A stretch of DNA of 63,203 nt, the filler included, from Choristocarpus tenellus KU-1152 (taxonomy: Eukaryota; Protista; Phaeophyceae), in the NCBI GenBank assembly GCA_964200185.2. It is 10 parts of 10 records of this genome, joined end to end, with 100 filler letters (N's around TTAATTAATTAA, not from the genome) between each part and the next. Parts side by side here need not be neighbours in the genome. Positions count along the whole stretch, not along the records: positions 7,449 to 23,570 come from CAXNAD020000871.1; positions 23,671 to 27,793 come from CAXNAD020016101.1; 8 more parts are not named here. One strand, 5' to 3'. The translations under genes were made by a program, and so were the position numbers. The notes under the pieces are model-generated. The model ran no database searches. It was not told where the DNA came from and saw nothing but the letters and a program-made list of their open reading frames with translations. Each line of letters opens with the position of its first letter. Positions within the stretch are counted from its first letter, which is position 1. Of this stretch, positions 12,801-25,849 are shown in pieces.

Positions 12801-14284
12801 GGAAGCTGGAGGTGGAAATATGTACAGTGTGTTTATATATTTTTCACTCTTGAGGCAACTTACCGTTTGAATAATAATATTTATTGTATTTTTTATTTAC
12901 AGCTTCATGAAAGAATGGTATAAGGGTGAAACCCTTTTGTCTGGCTGCGTTATTACCCCAGATTGAAAGTAGAGTGTATATACTCTCGTGTATGCTGCCA
13001 TCACATTGACTATGATGTTTCATTCATGATTTGTTTCTTTAAAACTGCAAGGCTTCGATTGATGTAGTGTCTGAGATCCCCCTGATACCCTTTCGATTGC
13101 TGGTGCAAACGCTCCTTTTGCCTGTCTGAAAATCTCTCTTGGGGTAGATTTGTAAGTTTTGTATCAGAAAAATATATATTTTCACACAATTTTTTTTCAT
13201 CTTCATCGTAAGAGTTTCCATGGTTTTTCCCCCCTTGAACGAATATTATTTTTTGGGGTTAAGATAAATACATACATACATATATATACATAATTTTATA
13301 AATATATACTTGAAAGGCCTGTTCTGAAACATTCCGACACACTCTCAAGGGTTCCTCACCTATCCAACACTTCTTACTCCACTCTACTCGCCGTCATGTC
13401 TTTCCTGCAGTGGGATCGAGGCTAAGCAGCCTAACTCTGCTATCCGTAAGTGTGTGCGTGTGCAGCTGATCAAGAACGGGAAGAAGCTGGCAGCTTTTGT
13501 GCCTCGTGATGGTTGCCTCAACTTTACAGATGAGAACGTGCGTTCTGTGGACTGTGGGTTGTGGGTTGTTGTGTGACGGGTTTGCGAGGGGGCGGATGAG
13601 TGAAGTTGTCAGATAGTGCAGGCGCATGGAGTGGGATGCGCGTACCTTTTTGTGTGGATTTATAATTATATGTAGAGGTTTTTGAAGGTGCAAGTGGTAG
13701 TTTGTTTGTCTTCGTTGAGTGTGGATGGTGAGCCCTGAAGAGAGACTGCAGGCGGAGCATTGAGTAGTTTGAGACCCTTACCGTGACAGGGGTTTGTTGC
13801 ATCTGGAGACAACGGTAACTTGAGTATTGTGTGTGGTTCTAGTGTTGCAGTGAGAGACGATGTTAGCACGTCAAGAGGTGATTGATTGCTCAGAGAGTTT
13901 TTTTATGTACGGTTAGACCCAGAGGTGATGCACAATCTACCCTTCGTACTGAAAATGTCAGACCATGCTCTCATAATATTTTTTTTATCATTTCAGAAAT
14001 ATACTTCGCATTCCCTCTTCAAATTGAAGAGGACCATAGAGGTATGTTTTACGACCCTTACCATATTTTTTTCTGTTCTTTCAAATCTTGGTTACCTCCA
14101 CCCACTGTCCTGTCCTTCTAATGCCATTACTCATCTATTGCAGGATGAAGTGCTTATCTCTGGGTTTGGACGCCGTGGTCATGCCGTGGGAGATATCCCT
14201 GGTGTACGATTCAAGGTGGTGAAGGTGGCGGGAGTTGCGCTCTTAGCCCTTTACAAGGAGAAGAAGGAGAAGCCCCGTTCTTAG
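9815..14284 (+). CDS. RPS23: 40S ribosomal protein S23 (uS12), 145 aa; exons 9815-9895, 11303-11391, 13411-13537, 14144-14284
   Basis: Spliced product [27 protein letters not shown]|[30 protein letters not shown]|[42 protein letters not shown]|[46 protein letters not shown]. All introns are GT-AG and in phase. A 5'UTR intron at ~9731-9809 is possible. Confidence 0.98.
10630..10787. mobile_element. MITE family A subtype copy in RPS23 intron 1
   Basis: Internal gcacttttcctggttttggttcaaatggacaccctggtgtagacccc is shared with 41132-41309 and, inverted, with 47454-47634. Confidence 0.7.
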
Positions 14285-17200
14285 GCTACCAACTAGCAAG
14301 CACTATACTGGACTGGTAGAAAAGAGGTGTTTCGTTTTTTGTTGTTGTACTGGCTGTGATGCTGCTGCTGCTGATAAACTGTTGGGGCTGGTGTGGATCA
14401 TCTGCTCCTGCTTTGGATGATGAGCTCCGGGTAAAACGTGTTAATTGATGCTCGTTTTTTCCTCACCACAAGAAAATGATCCTTCGGCCATAATTTTTCT
14501 TTCTGAGCTTTCACCACAATTGTGGGATTCCCTTCCTTCGCTCGTGTGTCTCCTCCAGCCCCATCAATGCACTTTGAAGTAAAGTCTCATCATTCGAGTG
14601 TTGAGAAGAATGTGTGCCCTGTATTGCACAAGTTCATACACAGATGGAATTGCTGCTCTTAAACCTTTGATTGGGTTACTCCTATGATACACATAACATG
14701 TGATTTGAGATCAATGAGAGCATAGTCATTGTTGTATATAGGTACGTACATCAACCCTAGACCTACACCTTTATCAAGGATTTACCATTGCGGCAATGAG
14801 GGATGTAATAATTTGTGTGGCCTGTCCTTGTGGTTGCAGCATGCATCCTGTCCCCTCTGTTTGTGGATGATCGTGCAGAACTAAGGCTAGGGGGGGGGTG
14901 GTAGTCTGTGCCCTTCTGTTGAGGAAGGACAAGGGTACCACTTTTTCGTTCCACTCTAGAGGTTTGTATCACTGAATGAACATGCAAGATGTGTGACAAG
15001 AAGGAAGAACAGTTACTTTATACCCATTTTAGTGACAAAGTTTATTATGTACTCCTATGTACCATGTCATAGCATGTTACTCATGATCTTGTAATCAGTA
15101 TGGCTCTATGGCTACACTGTAAATGGAAAGAATTGTCTCTGATACGATGGGCTGAGATTGAGGTAGGTCATTGGATTCATGTGGGTGAGGGCGTTCACCC
15201 CCAATCTCTGCAATATGCGTAAGAAGAGGTTGGAGCTACCATGGTGTAACTAGTTGGCACTTTTCTTCAATTTAACTTTTTTTGGGAACTTTGAGCTGAT
15301 TCAAAATTAATCGTACTTTTGTTGTGCAGACTAGACTACTACTTCCCCATGCAGAAAGGGCACTCTACCCTGTGCATATTTCACTTCATATATATACTTT
15401 TAAGCACAATTGCATTCTCAAAAGTAGCTCAACTACGGTGGGGTACCTCTCGAAGTAGTATGCAAGAGCTCTTATTTTGTACTCTGGAGTGTATTGTAGT
15501 GTATGTGCTATGTACTGTACTGCTACAAAGAATACCACTAGCTGCTGTCCTGTACCTCTTGTGTTCTGGTGATAGTGTTCAATTCGGATTTATGTTTAGT
15601 TAGTGGTACAATACGACTATGAAAGATTCTGGCAATGGTAAATGTGGAAATATATCTGTTAAAAACATTTGCAATGAAAGTATAATGCCACATTGCTCTT
15701 AGAACAACTCGCTTCCGAGGTGGTGGAAAGTAATACATTTTCTGAATTTGTCAGCGGCTTGCCCAGTAAAGGACTTGACTGAAAACACTAGCTACTGGTG
15801 CAATGCTTGCCGCTGTTCGGCCATGTGTGGCAGTACAAACACCTTTTAAAACACGTTTTTGTAGTATGCAAAAACTATCTTTGACGGTATCTTGACTACG
15901 GTACTCTAAGGGTGCTAAATAATATTGCTGTGTCAGTATATAGACGTATTAACACTAGTGTTTGATCCCTTCAGTATTGTTTCGGAGAGTGGGATATGTT
16001 ATCCCGTTGTTATCCCGTTGTTCACTATTACCAAAAACCCGTAGATCTTCTCAGAAATAATGAAGAGTGTTCATGTATACATTTGGTGCAAATATTTGCC
16101 AAGCAAGGGAGGGATGAAGTCATATTCTAGGCATACGTAGGATTGAGTATGTGGGAGGAAGTTATGTTCGCTTATCAGATTGTATTATCAGCTGCGGTAT
16201 GTGTGGAAGTATTCTCTGTTTTGATCTTTACAAGGGTTGATCTTAACAGATTGCTGCATTGGCATGTCGAAATAAGGGCCTACTCCCCATGAGGAAGCCG
16301 TTCGTGACCACCCCCCACTCTGTCTGATTCGTCCTGTGGAGGGATAAATTTCATTGGGCGTACACATTACCATGGTTGTCCTGAATTGGTGTCGATGGTA
16401 TGTAGTGTTAATAGTACAACATTATCCTGTGGTGATGGAAACCTAGAACTTCAGATTAGAGAGGCAAACCTGTTGGATGCAATCCCACCCAAGACGCATA
16501 CTGTGGATGAAATGTATGCATGTATGGCTAATAATTACTTTGGAGTACAATGTGTGCGCCGCTTCCTTCATGATTCAGTTTATGAAATGCCTGGAGAAAC
16601 TAGCACGAAACGTATCAGTACGTGTTTCAAAACACCCAAATCTCTTTGTTATATGTGACTTACAGTTTGATGTATTTTATCGCAAGTGGTTTGGATGTTG
16701 GCGAGTTGACTTTTTCAGCGGAAAAATTCAAGTAGCTGAACGAATGGAGTAATTGATGGTTGTGGTTGGTCGGCAAGGGTGCTATTACTACGTAGTCACT
16801 AACTGATATTATTATGAAGCGGAAGATTACCCGTCATTTCGAGTATAGTAGGTTTGTTATAATACATTTGTGCGGGATTTATCAAAAAAGCAATCATGCA
16901 ACAATCGAGAGACCTTACCATAGTGTGCAGACACTCTGTAACAACATATTAAAATGGTATTCCCAGTAATAATAATAACAATGTATTGGGTAGAAAAGGT
17001 ATCTTGCTTTGCGCACGAATTCACGATTAATCGATTCGCCCCGTCCTAGCCTTACATCCATTCCTCAACCGACATCACATAACTCATTCCTTACTACACC
17101 ACCATCCCCATACCGTCCTTGCTACCCCACCAATTATGTGGTCAATTTGTGCTTATCAATCACCAACCAAATGCAGTCAGTCTCCGCGTATCCAAATTAC

Positions 17201-17679
17201 CAATCAAGCGGCCAATCTCCGTTTATCCAGTCACCAACCAATACAGCCACAGCAATTTCTGCGTAGCTACACCTAGCATGCAGCATTGTACAGGCAATTT
17301 ATGTGTGTCCTGTTGGTCACAGTCGTTTTTGAAGGGGGTATCAGACTGACCCCCGCAACACCTGAATCCCACTTGAGATGTATTGAGGAGTTACAACTAA
17401 GATACTTTTGATAACGCTCTTCATGGTAGAGATGCTCAATAAACTCGACAACATTTGGGAGACTCAATCTCGTCCTATGTTGTGGGCATATGTGCATGGT
17501 CTGTTGGCGATTTAAGGCTGAAAAAGAACAACACTGTGTTACTGGCCAGGTGTACCTGCCCCACTTTATTGTTGAGGTGACTGGTGTGTCAGAATATATG
17601 TGATGAAGGTTCTTCTAGATGCCAAAAGATTAGCTAAATACTGTGTTCCTATTCCGAAAAAAATCAATTCGCTGATCAC

Positions 17680-20600
17680 CTTTCCAAAAAAATCACGTAC
17701 AGGGATGAAGATACCTGTTCCAGTTCTTTGAAACATCTTCGCTGACTAAATTCATTCTCTTTCTCTTTATTAAAGACGTCAAGGGGTTCAGAACTAGCTC
17801 CAAAAATGTTCGGTCCTCCTTGTGTGTGCGCGCGGATGTGTATCTGGAGTGAGATCAGCTCCCAAAGGGACCTGTCCGTCACACATACATTGAATAAAGA
17901 GTTGTATTCACCTGTCCGCACTTCCAGTCCAACCATCCTTCCTCATTCCAGCATCAAATTTCTTTTGAGGCACCAGTCACCACAGCAACAGCGAGGAAGC
18001 ACTGCATAAGCTGGTGTGGAATGCAGTTGACCTAGCCTTCCCAAAATGTCTCTGATCGCCCTAATGAGACATCGTGGTGTTGTTTTTGTCCATTTTGAGG
18101 TTAAAAAATACTGAAAATGATAATAGTGATAAGTAGTTTTGGACATAATTTCTAAACTCTTTGGCATCTTTAACATAGAGTAAACAATGAATATAGTGGG
18201 AGAAGAGGTTTCGAAGAAGTGGAACAGGTCTTCTCGCCCCTGAATGTGGTCTTGTCGGAAAGTTGATAGTAGTGTAGATTTGTGGAGTATTGATTTTTTG
18301 GGGGAATAGGAACACAATTTTTTGTCGGCTGTTTGGCATCTACAAGAATATTCATCACATATATTTTGACGCATCAGTCACCGCAAACAACAAAGTGGGG
18401 GAGGTTCAGTAGGTCAGTCAGATAGTGTTCTATGTTGGCCTTAGAACACCAACAGAGCTCGCGCGCACAATATGACGCGAGATTACGTCTCATTTCATCA
18501 AGCTTACCACAAGTGATGAACTACAGCATCCATGAGGAAATTCCAGGTCAGGTCCGTCTTGTAGAACTCAACGACCAACAAAGTCATTTTCTAGGAAATA
18601 TTACTTCTGGGTTCCAATAACCGACTCTGGGCTAAATAATCCGGTGTTTCTTCACAGGCACTCCAAATTTGGCAAGCACAGTCCACTCTGGATAACACGG
18701 TCAAAAAAGTCACCTACAGTTTTGTACACTTTGTAGTCATATTTGTCACAAATGAACGTGTTTGGAGACACTCTACCTGGTGCTGGTTTCTACCTACTAT
18801 ATTGCGCCCTTTCATTAGGTAGTAGTAGATGTTGGAAGAACCAGAATTGTGGTCCCCACTGTGGATGCAGTTTTCTATCTTTTTGGTGTAGAAGGTGTGT
18901 CGAGGAGTTCCTTCAAGGCAGATACGCTCACTCACCCTTTGTTTGAACTACTTGCCACTCACCCGCAACACCTTATTGGAAATGGCGTTTTGGCAGTCTT
19001 TGAGCTGTTGTTGTTTGCATGCCCTCTCCTTGGACTGGCTTAGCTCCTACTACTATATTTAGTATGATATATGTCACCTATCACACTTGTTACAGCCTGG
19101 GATCCCCTAGCTCGGACTAACCATAAAGAAGCACAGAAGAAAAAAATAGAATAGTTGTAGTAGTTGTTGCGGTGGAGGTAATTTTTTAAAAACACAATTC
19201 AGAACGAGTTTATTGTGAGCAGGTGCAACAATCTCTCTTGGAAGATATTTCACTATGTATACTTAATCACCGCCATACCATTGTGTTAGCAAGTGTGACA
19301 GATTGTTAAGTTCAATAATAATCATTTTAAACGTTCTCTAAGAATAAAAGTTGCCTCCTAAATAGTAATGGAGGGATGGTGTCGTATTGTAGACATGGTG
19401 TCAATATGTCGTAATAAATCGTGTTCAGCTTTCTTTCAAATTATTGAAGCATCATCAAATAATACTGGATGAAAGGGTCTCTCCGTTTTTTCCCACACTA
19501 GGGTTGGTTATGCTGGGCAGGATAATATTCAGGAATGAAGAGACCTTTTCCAGTTCTTAAACTCCTTTCTACTCTATATTAAGGATGTGAAGAGGTTAGT
19601 AGAAATAGTTGAACAAAATTACTTGGTCGCTATTCTCACGTCCAGTATTGTACACCACCCCTCAGACTTGGACAAGATCGACAAACACACCACCACAGGT
19701 GTTGAAGGTGAAGGCTATATATATATTGGTTGTCCTGGTGGGGGAGCAGGATGGGTGAAAAACCAGCACATCACACTTTGTGGGTGAGTCAAAGTAAACC
19801 AAAGGTACCCACAGTTACATTTTAAGGATGCTGACAATTGGGTGCAAAATTCCTCTTTTTTTCAAATGCGTGCAGGATATTTTCTTAATTATGTCGAATA
19901 GTATCAATAGAGAAATGAACACTGTAAAGTCAAACTTAGCATTTCATCAGTAGGAATATGAGCAAATTGAAAAAGATTGAAGAACTGACCTAAAATGCGA
20001 TACGGCCGAAACCTGGGTACTTCTCGCTTACTTTTACTCGGCATCAATGCGTAGGTGCCATATTAGGTCTAATGGGGCATTGTGATGGTGTGTTTGTTTT
20101 ATGTCCCTGGTGAACTCTGAGGGGTAAAACAGAAATGAAGATGAGAACAGTAACCAAGCAATTTTGTTCAACTATTTCTAAATTCTGAAGAACATTCGTT
20201 AGCATCTGTAATATGGAGTAAAGAATGGATTTAGAGGAAGAGTTTTTAAGGACTTGGAGCAGGTCTATTGATCAAAGAAAGGTTTCTTTTCGGAAAGTTC
20301 ATACTTGTTTTGATTATTAAAGCATTGAAAAATTTAGAATAGAAACACAATATTTTGTTTGCCACTGGGCATCTGGAAGAACTTTCATCACCTAAGATTT
20401 GACAGTAGTAGTAAATGTGCCAAGCGTTTTTCTGAGGGAAACTGAATAATCAATCATACACGCCTGCCCACTTCCAGTCCATCCCTCCTTGCTCATTCCA
20501 GCATCAAATCTCTTCTGAGCCACTAGTCACCACAACAACAGCGAAGAAGCAATGCATTTGCAGATGTGGAATATAGTCAACTCAGCCTTCCCAAACTTGT

Positions 20601-20750
20601 CTAAGTTGGACCTAATGAGGCAGAGTGGTGGTTGGTTTGTTGATTGTGTCCATGGGGGAAGTCCGAGGGGGTGCAAAATACTGGACATGACAAAGAGGTG
20701 TTTTTATAACTGGAACGTGTCTTTTGTCACTAAATCCGGTCTATTCCGAA
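17680..20750. repeat. Cluster of about 5 diverged copies of an unidentified repeat in direct and inverted orientation
   Basis: 17920-18080 aligns directly with 20460-20630. 19540-19695 is the reverse complement of ~20085-20270. 17700-17800 is inverted relative to 18140-18240. Confidence 0.65.
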
Positions 20751-21114
20751 AAATAATTTTATGTTCATTTTTGTACGACATATTTCTTTTTGAAATGGGA
20801 AAACAAGGTTTTGTAAACTGTTCTGTATGTAGAAGAATAATTATCATACTATCTCCACAAATGTACTCAACTGTTTGAACAGAACTTGAAGCAAGAACCA
20901 TACACATCTATCTGTTCAGTTCCAATCTGATTCCCCTTCCGACTCAGCATTCACAACAAAGTGTACCAAGGAACACTTGGACAGAAATATATCTGATGAT
21001 TTTGTTCTTTCATCTTTTTTATGTGATTTTCTTGATATTGGATTTTCGGTGAATTGTGGTTGGGTGACAACTAATTCCCTGATTGTGCGTGTATTACTTT
21101 GGCTTCTTCCCCCC

Positions 21115-21162
21115 GAGTGAAGGTATCTGGGGGGGGGGTGCCGGCGTACGTTTTTGACGCTC
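21115..21162. mobile_element. MITE family A-related end
   Basis: gagtgaaggtatctggggggggggg tgccggcgtacgtttttgacgct is the reverse complement of the end at 42427-42473. Confidence 0.6.
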
Positions 21163-21650
21163 CTCAAATGCACACAGGGTTGGTTGAATCGTAAGTCCTA
21201 GATCAATGTGATCTGATAGTCTTGGAAAGAAAGTCACACCAACACCCACCTCCAAAATGAGAGGTCCGTAAAGTAGTGTAGACTTCGATTGGTCCTTGAT
21301 CAAATACATCATGGATTGGACGTTACACCTTCATATTATCCAAAAACCAATTCACTAAGTTCAATCTTCCTCAAGAAATTCTTAACAAAGGACCTAGGTT
21401 ATCCATAATAGGTGACGTGATGCTGACACTTCTGTCCAATCAGAGCACTCCAACTGATCCTCTCACCTCAAGCAACTGCCTCTCCTCAGTCCTCTCCAAT
21501 CAGAACTATCCAAACTCAAATAGAACTGAAAGGGAATTTTTCGTCCCGTGTCATTTCCACAACCTCAACCATACAATAATACCCCCTTTCAAAATAGGTG
21601 TCAAATTGGTGGAAGGTTTGCACCAAGTTGAAGTACCATCGGGCAATTCA

Positions 21651-22982
21651 ATGCCACTCTTCGGTAATCTGAGCACGTCACTTGTGCGAGAACGGCATGG
21701 TGGGCACGAAGACGTGCGCCGCAGTGGAAAACTCAGGGAAAATCTTGTTCACGAAGAGTTTGTCGTTGACGTTAGGAATGTCTACGACTTCAGGTGAGTA
21801 GAGAGGAGAGATTCTTCGCAATACTTGGGTCCTGACAAGTACGATTTTCAATATTTGTAGGCTCCTGGATCGGCTTATGCATTTAGAGTCTTTGTCCGGG
21901 AGAGTGATTAATGGTAAAGGCTTTGTCGATTCACTACTGTCAAATATAGTCGCTATACTGGGTGAATCTTAGTGGATTCAGTTAATGATAGAGTTTTGGC
22001 CTAGCGTTGATCATTCTCTATCGTGGAAGATAAATACCCCCTTTTGGCGATTTTTAAAAGGTGATATGAAGCCGCATTGCATAAACTATAAACGATGCCT
22101 CTCGAGTCCCCATGGACGTAGTCCTTGACAGCTATGTGTCTTTTTCCCTTTAGAATTTGCACGGTGATTCTCTTTTTTAAAATAAGGCACGTCTCTTCTC
22201 TCGGTGGTGATTGCATATCCCGACTTAAACCTGAGGGGCCAGTCCAGCTGGTTTCGTCTTAATTATTTTTCTGAGAGCTTGGTCAGACCCAACTCGGCTA
22301 AGCCCTCTTGACTTGGACAACACCTACAATACCCGATCCCCTCCCTCCGTGAAAGAGATACGCTGGAAAACATGTTTTTTGGTCAATATAGCTGTCTCGG
22401 TCAAACAAGGCGTGTGATTGCGAAGAGTTTGAACTCTCGTAAGGCGTTCATTTAGTCGAGGTGACTCTCAACTGTTATGGTCCAAGGTAATCCCATGAAC
22501 AACAAGAATGTCTTACTAGTGCTCCTAGCACCTTAAGCGCTGAAGACCCACCTTCTGATCATCCGCTCAAGAATTTCACTTGTACTTGAACGCACAGAGG
22601 TTGTCGAGCGCCCTGTTCCTTCATATCCACCCTCTACAGATCAAAACCTTTTGATGATCACCTGTACCTGTCAAAAACGTCTTCACACACTTAGCACTGT
22701 TTCCCTTGTACTGATATGCTTTGCAATCGCTCAAACGTTTATTCCTACTGTCCCTGCTCTCCCTCTCTGCTCTTGTCTGGACCCCCAAGCGAGGGTAAGA
22801 AAGAGGGCAAGATTGGGGGTTTCGGACATGTCCAGGTGGTGACACACCGGACAACAGGAGTCAAGTACGCCATGAAGACCGTTGCACTCACAGGAATCAA
22901 GACCAAGAAGGCGTTTGACTTTATTCTCCGTGAAGTGGACGTGCTCAGGGGTTTGGACCATCCCAACATCGTGCGGTTGCAG
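21651..22982 (+). CDS. Ser/Thr protein kinase, CAMK/CDPK-like, 5' part; exons ~21651-21793 and 22790-22982
   Basis: ..RENLVHEEFVVDVRNVYDFS|EGKKEGKIGGFGHVQVVTHRTTGVKYAMKTV..FILREVDVLRGLDHPNIVRLQ covers the Gly loop, the VAIK-equivalent YAMK, the alphaC Glu and HPNIV. The phase-2 junction is AG|C. The second exon probably ends at a GC donor (CAG|gcaagt). The true start is uncertain because there is an in-frame acceptor at 21597. Confidence 0.88.
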
Positions 22983-24618
22983 GCAAGTGTGACATTCAGG
23001 GGAGGAGCCAACTTGGGGGAGAAACCTTTAGGGACCATAGAATGGAATGGGTGGTGAGTGACAGGCTGGTAGAAGAGGGTGGGGAAGTGACAGGGGCTGC
23101 AATATGGTGTTAAACACTAGGATACTGCGCTTTACTGTGACATTGTTCTTTTTTCGTGCCGGCAAAGGGTTCCAGGAGTCGAGGCATTGGCCTGCTCTTG
23201 AGCTTGCCCTCACATATAGAGTGGTGGTCAAGAGGACTGTACAAACTGCTTTCTCTGGTGTCTTTCTTGGGAAGGACTGTTAGAACATTGTAAGATGAGT
23301 GGGATGTTTTTGTACGTGTTTGGAATGGAGACACAAGAGATTGGCATCACACATTTGCTGCCACTTGAAGACGTCATATGCTCAAGAAATTCAGGATTTT
23401 GAAGTATTCATGAGATCATTCTTCCCTGCCTCACACCCTATCCCTCCTATCCCTCCTATGGCTACTCACACCTCCTTGCATCCTCGCTATGCACCCTTGT
23501 CTCCTCAATAGCTGCCCCCTCCACTCCCCCCCCCACAACACTGCCCACTACTTCTCTTTTTTCTTTTCAGNNNNNNNNNNNNNNNNNNNNNNNNNNNNNN
23601 NNNNNNNNNNNNNNTTAATTAATTAANNNNNNNNNNNNNNNNNNNNNNNNNNNNNNNNNNNNNNNNNNNNCATGTGATGCAACTATTGAGATAGTACATC
23701 CGGAGTATGTATGGGATTATGTATTGGTGTTTATTCTGCATTCAACTACTTTAACATAACCGTTTGACTTAGATAGGAAGCACAAATAAATAATAAACAA
23801 GCAATGAGAAGACACCACACAAAGGTCGCTCTTCCAATTTCAACCATTTAATCACGTTCAGCAAAGGGGGTCGTGTGAGGCTTCACACCTTCTTATCTTC
23901 ACTACTAGCGAATAGCATTACCTCCCAAGGTAATTTGCACACACGCTGCCACTGAATCGCACGATTCATATATGCGTGGAATCTAATTAAATTTAGAAAT
24001 ACACGGTTTTCACAATTTGGCACGGCATGACGTATCCTGACCTTGTGCTAAAAAATGGATAGTTTATTACGTAATCTGAGTTTTGCGCGTGGGAGAATTT
24101 TGGACTGACGTAGAGGGAAGAGAGGGTGATTAGGGAAAAAGAAAATATCAAAGGAACAAAGAATTAAGTACTGGGTGGGTAGGAGGCAGAAGAGGTGGAA
24201 GAGAGGTTAAGAGAAATCGGTGGTGGGTGTGGAACATGAGGTAGGAAGGAATGGTCTGAAAACGTAAGGAAAACCTGAGGCTGGGGGTACGGGACAAGCA
24301 GGGCTAGAACAAGACAACCTCTGAGCAATCTCTCCCACCCACCCACCCTTTCGCTTACTCACGAGCAACTGGGATGTTGGGTAGGGGGGGGGAGGTCAAG
24401 CTTGGGCGGGGTAGATGTCTTCTAGTTCAAAGGCACGGTGGTATGTAGTGGATGATCAAGGGGTGTTCTTGTATGATTGTGGAGTGATGTTGAGTGGTGT
24501 GGGGGAGTGGAAAGTAGTGGAAAGTAGTGGAAAGTGTTGGAGGGTTGAGTGGTGTTGAATGGTGTGGTGGAGTGGTAAGTGGTGTGGGTTTGGGTGGGGT
24601 TGTAGAGTGGGGTGGGGT

Positions 24619-24778
24619 GACTGGAAATCAGTTGCGAAGGAGTTACACTGGTTGGTAATCAAATATGAGGGGTGACTGGAAATCAGTGGTGAAGGGGTCG
24701 CACTGGCTGATCATCAGAGGTGGATGGAGACTGGAAATCAGTGGTGAAAGGGGTTCGCACTGGTTGGTCACAAGTGGT
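24619..24778. repeat. ~55-bp diverged tandem repeat, 3 copies
   Basis: gactggaaatcagt.g.gaagg.g...cactgg.tg.t.a recurs at ~24619, 24674 and 24729. Confidence 0.8.
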
Positions 24779-25144
24779 GGTACGATGGGGAGGAGGAGAA
24801 TGAGCGGAATGCAAACATAGTACAAATAATGATAATCCAGAATTCGTGAGCAAAGCAAAAACTGACCTGGCCGGCCATAGATAAAATGTTCTAACATGTC
24901 CAAGTCCATGGTCGTCACTACTCATCGTGACCAGGTTCACAAGCTAGCCATGTACAGTCAAGTTTGGACATGACACGTCGATATTTTGGACATGGCTGGA
25001 CCATGGACTGGTCCACGGCCGTATGACCGACAATGGCATGCTAATGCACGGCCCAGAGAGAAAACCCATAGAAATAAGGGTGAACTGTTCCAAAGATAAA
25101 AAAAGTGGTTAAAATGCAAAATGTTCGAAGTCTGGGTACCTGGG

Positions 25145-25406
25145 CCAAATCCAATGTTGCGATTTTGATGTAATTTTAACTATCGTGTTTGTTAGCAAGT
25201 GTCAATATTCATGTTCCAGACACCTTTTCATAACATATACACTTTACGTGGTCCTAAACACATTTGAGTACGAAAAATGTCATAAAAGAACCCATGGGAA
25301 GCCAAGCCCCAAATGGACAAACAGGGCAAAACTCGTACCCTCTAAGATACTTTCACTCGATTGGTCCCAAATGGACAGCCGCCACCCCCCCCAGATAATT
25401 TGAGCC
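25145..25406. mobile_element. Composite of two MITE family A ends
   Basis: A 6531-type body ending tactttcactc (25358) is followed directly by a second end, ..cagataatttgagcc (25406). Confidence 0.75.
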
Positions 25407-25849
25407 TTTGTTCTACTCGTGTAAGTCCTATACCAGACGGTGCCTTAAATATAAAAATGTACTGGGGGAAGAACTTTGCAAGTTTATACATGGCTTTATT
25501 CCAAATTCCAACCAACCTTGATGGGGAATAAAGCACTGCCTGTCCAAGTAGTAGTCCTGTACTCTTTTGGTATTGACAAAATACTTTTGGACAAGAGTAT
25601 CATGGCTGCTCTGAAGCGATTGGGATAGAGAAAGAACTAACATTTGCTGGAAGCGCCGTTGGCATTCCAGTCACTCATGATATTTCTCCTGTACCCATTG
25701 TTAATCCACCACCTACCAGCGAAAATACTGTTCACACCTTCTCAACAGACACGACAGTTGCTCAGCAATAAGTGAGTTCCCTATATTGTACATGTAACAC
25801 AAAAAACATATTCACCTCCAGGAACCAAAAGTGTTGTTTCAATACGTTC

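Noticed and set aside
13538-14143. Intronic snoRNA or structured RNA in RPS23 intron 3 (ttaccgt/acggtaa stem; GTGATGC..CTGA)
   Set aside because: The boxes are imperfect, and I found no terminal stem or recognisable rRNA guide. An Infernal/snoscan search would be needed.
14400-17600. Short ORFs downstream of RPS23
   Set aside because: No motifs or consistent exon chain; treated as 3'UTR, intergenic or unrecognisable decayed repeat.
17920-20630. TGA conserved in-frame in two paralogous blocks (LLLW*LV.QK.FDAGM), suggesting selenocysteine
   Set aside because: By my count the 20 substitutions across the block split about evenly over codon positions (7/7/6), and other frames also share stops, so there is no evidence of coding constraint.
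21230-21830. Minus-strand frame with many in-frame TGA codons suggesting recoding or an alternative genetic code
   Set aside because: It is the antisense shadow of the kinase's first exon and upstream region. TAA stops also occur, and the real genes translate cleanly with the standard code.
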